A stretch of 63,910 nt of DNA, the filler included, from Lenisia limosa (taxonomy: Eukaryota > Protista > Breviatea): the NCBI GenBank assembly GCA_001655205.1. It is 7 parts of 7 records of this genome, joined end to end, with 100 filler letters (N's around TTAATTAATTAA, not from the genome) between each part and the next. Parts side by side here need not be neighbours in the genome. Positions count along the whole stretch, not along the records: positions 62,838 to 63,910 come from LPNZ01006825.1; 6 more parts are not named here. The stretch is one strand, 5' to 3'. Position 1 is the stretch's first letter. Each line of letters begins with the position of its first letter. A program made the position numbers and the translations under genes. Under the pieces are notes generated by a model. It saw only the letters and a list, made by a program, of their open reading frames with translations, searched no databases and had not been told where the DNA came from. Positions 63,647 through 63,910 of this stretch are shown here, one piece after another.

Positions 63647-63910
63647 ATATGATATAAGTAATAATAATATAATATTAATTCACCATATACATATAGATTG
63701 TCCAATTAAATAAATTCCATTTATATTGCTCAAAGTTGTCCAATTAATGCCCCTATAGATTGAGGACCTACAAACGAGTAGCGTAAACCCCTGTCTATCA
63801 AGCTTCGTACAACTCAGGTTTGTTTAAGCATATATATGTATAGATTGTGAATATCCAATACTCAGTTGTATAGTGATACATCATATCAAATTGTAACCTA
63901 ATTTTGTGAC

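Noticed and set aside
1-63910. Alternative genetic code (stop reassignment)
   Set aside because: Conserved exons (CNOT2, DRC5, FIG4, cyclase, EGF) translate without internal stops once introns are removed.

Overview
Intron-dense (GT-AG, standard genetic code) genomic DNA from an unidentified flagellated protist, inferred from the presence of a DRC5/TCTE1 gene. The window is not one locus. Six identical 100-bp spacers (44 N + TTAATTAATTAA + 44 N) join seven unrelated segments, and there are many smaller N gaps. Segment 1 is one ~22 kb minus-strand gene for a giant surface receptor: signal peptide, discoidin-like blocks, about 15-17 EGF/cbEGF modules, thrombospondin type-3 repeats, many GCC2/GCC3-type Cys repeats and a multi-pass (about 7TM) C-terminus. 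Segment 2 holds CNOT2, prefoldin 6, a DUF4262-like gene, DRC5, a Cys-rich fibrinogen-like gene and unknown genes. The later segments hold an intron-rich pogo-type DDD transposase, a two-domain membrane guanylyl cyclase with C1/C2 roles inverted, a GH5 endoglycoceramidase-like gene, an S41-peptidase-like fragment and a FIG4/SAC fragment. The most notable non-coding signals are: (i) a ~100-140 nt hairpin repeat found four times, always sense-oriented in the 3' part of an intron of an unrelated gene; (ii) a second sense-intronic repeat family; (iii) a hAT MITE with a perfect 8-bp TSD; (iv) G-runs at intron 5' ends with C-runs at intron 3' ends. All gene models were spliced and translated by eye, so family calls rest on motif recognition, not database searches.
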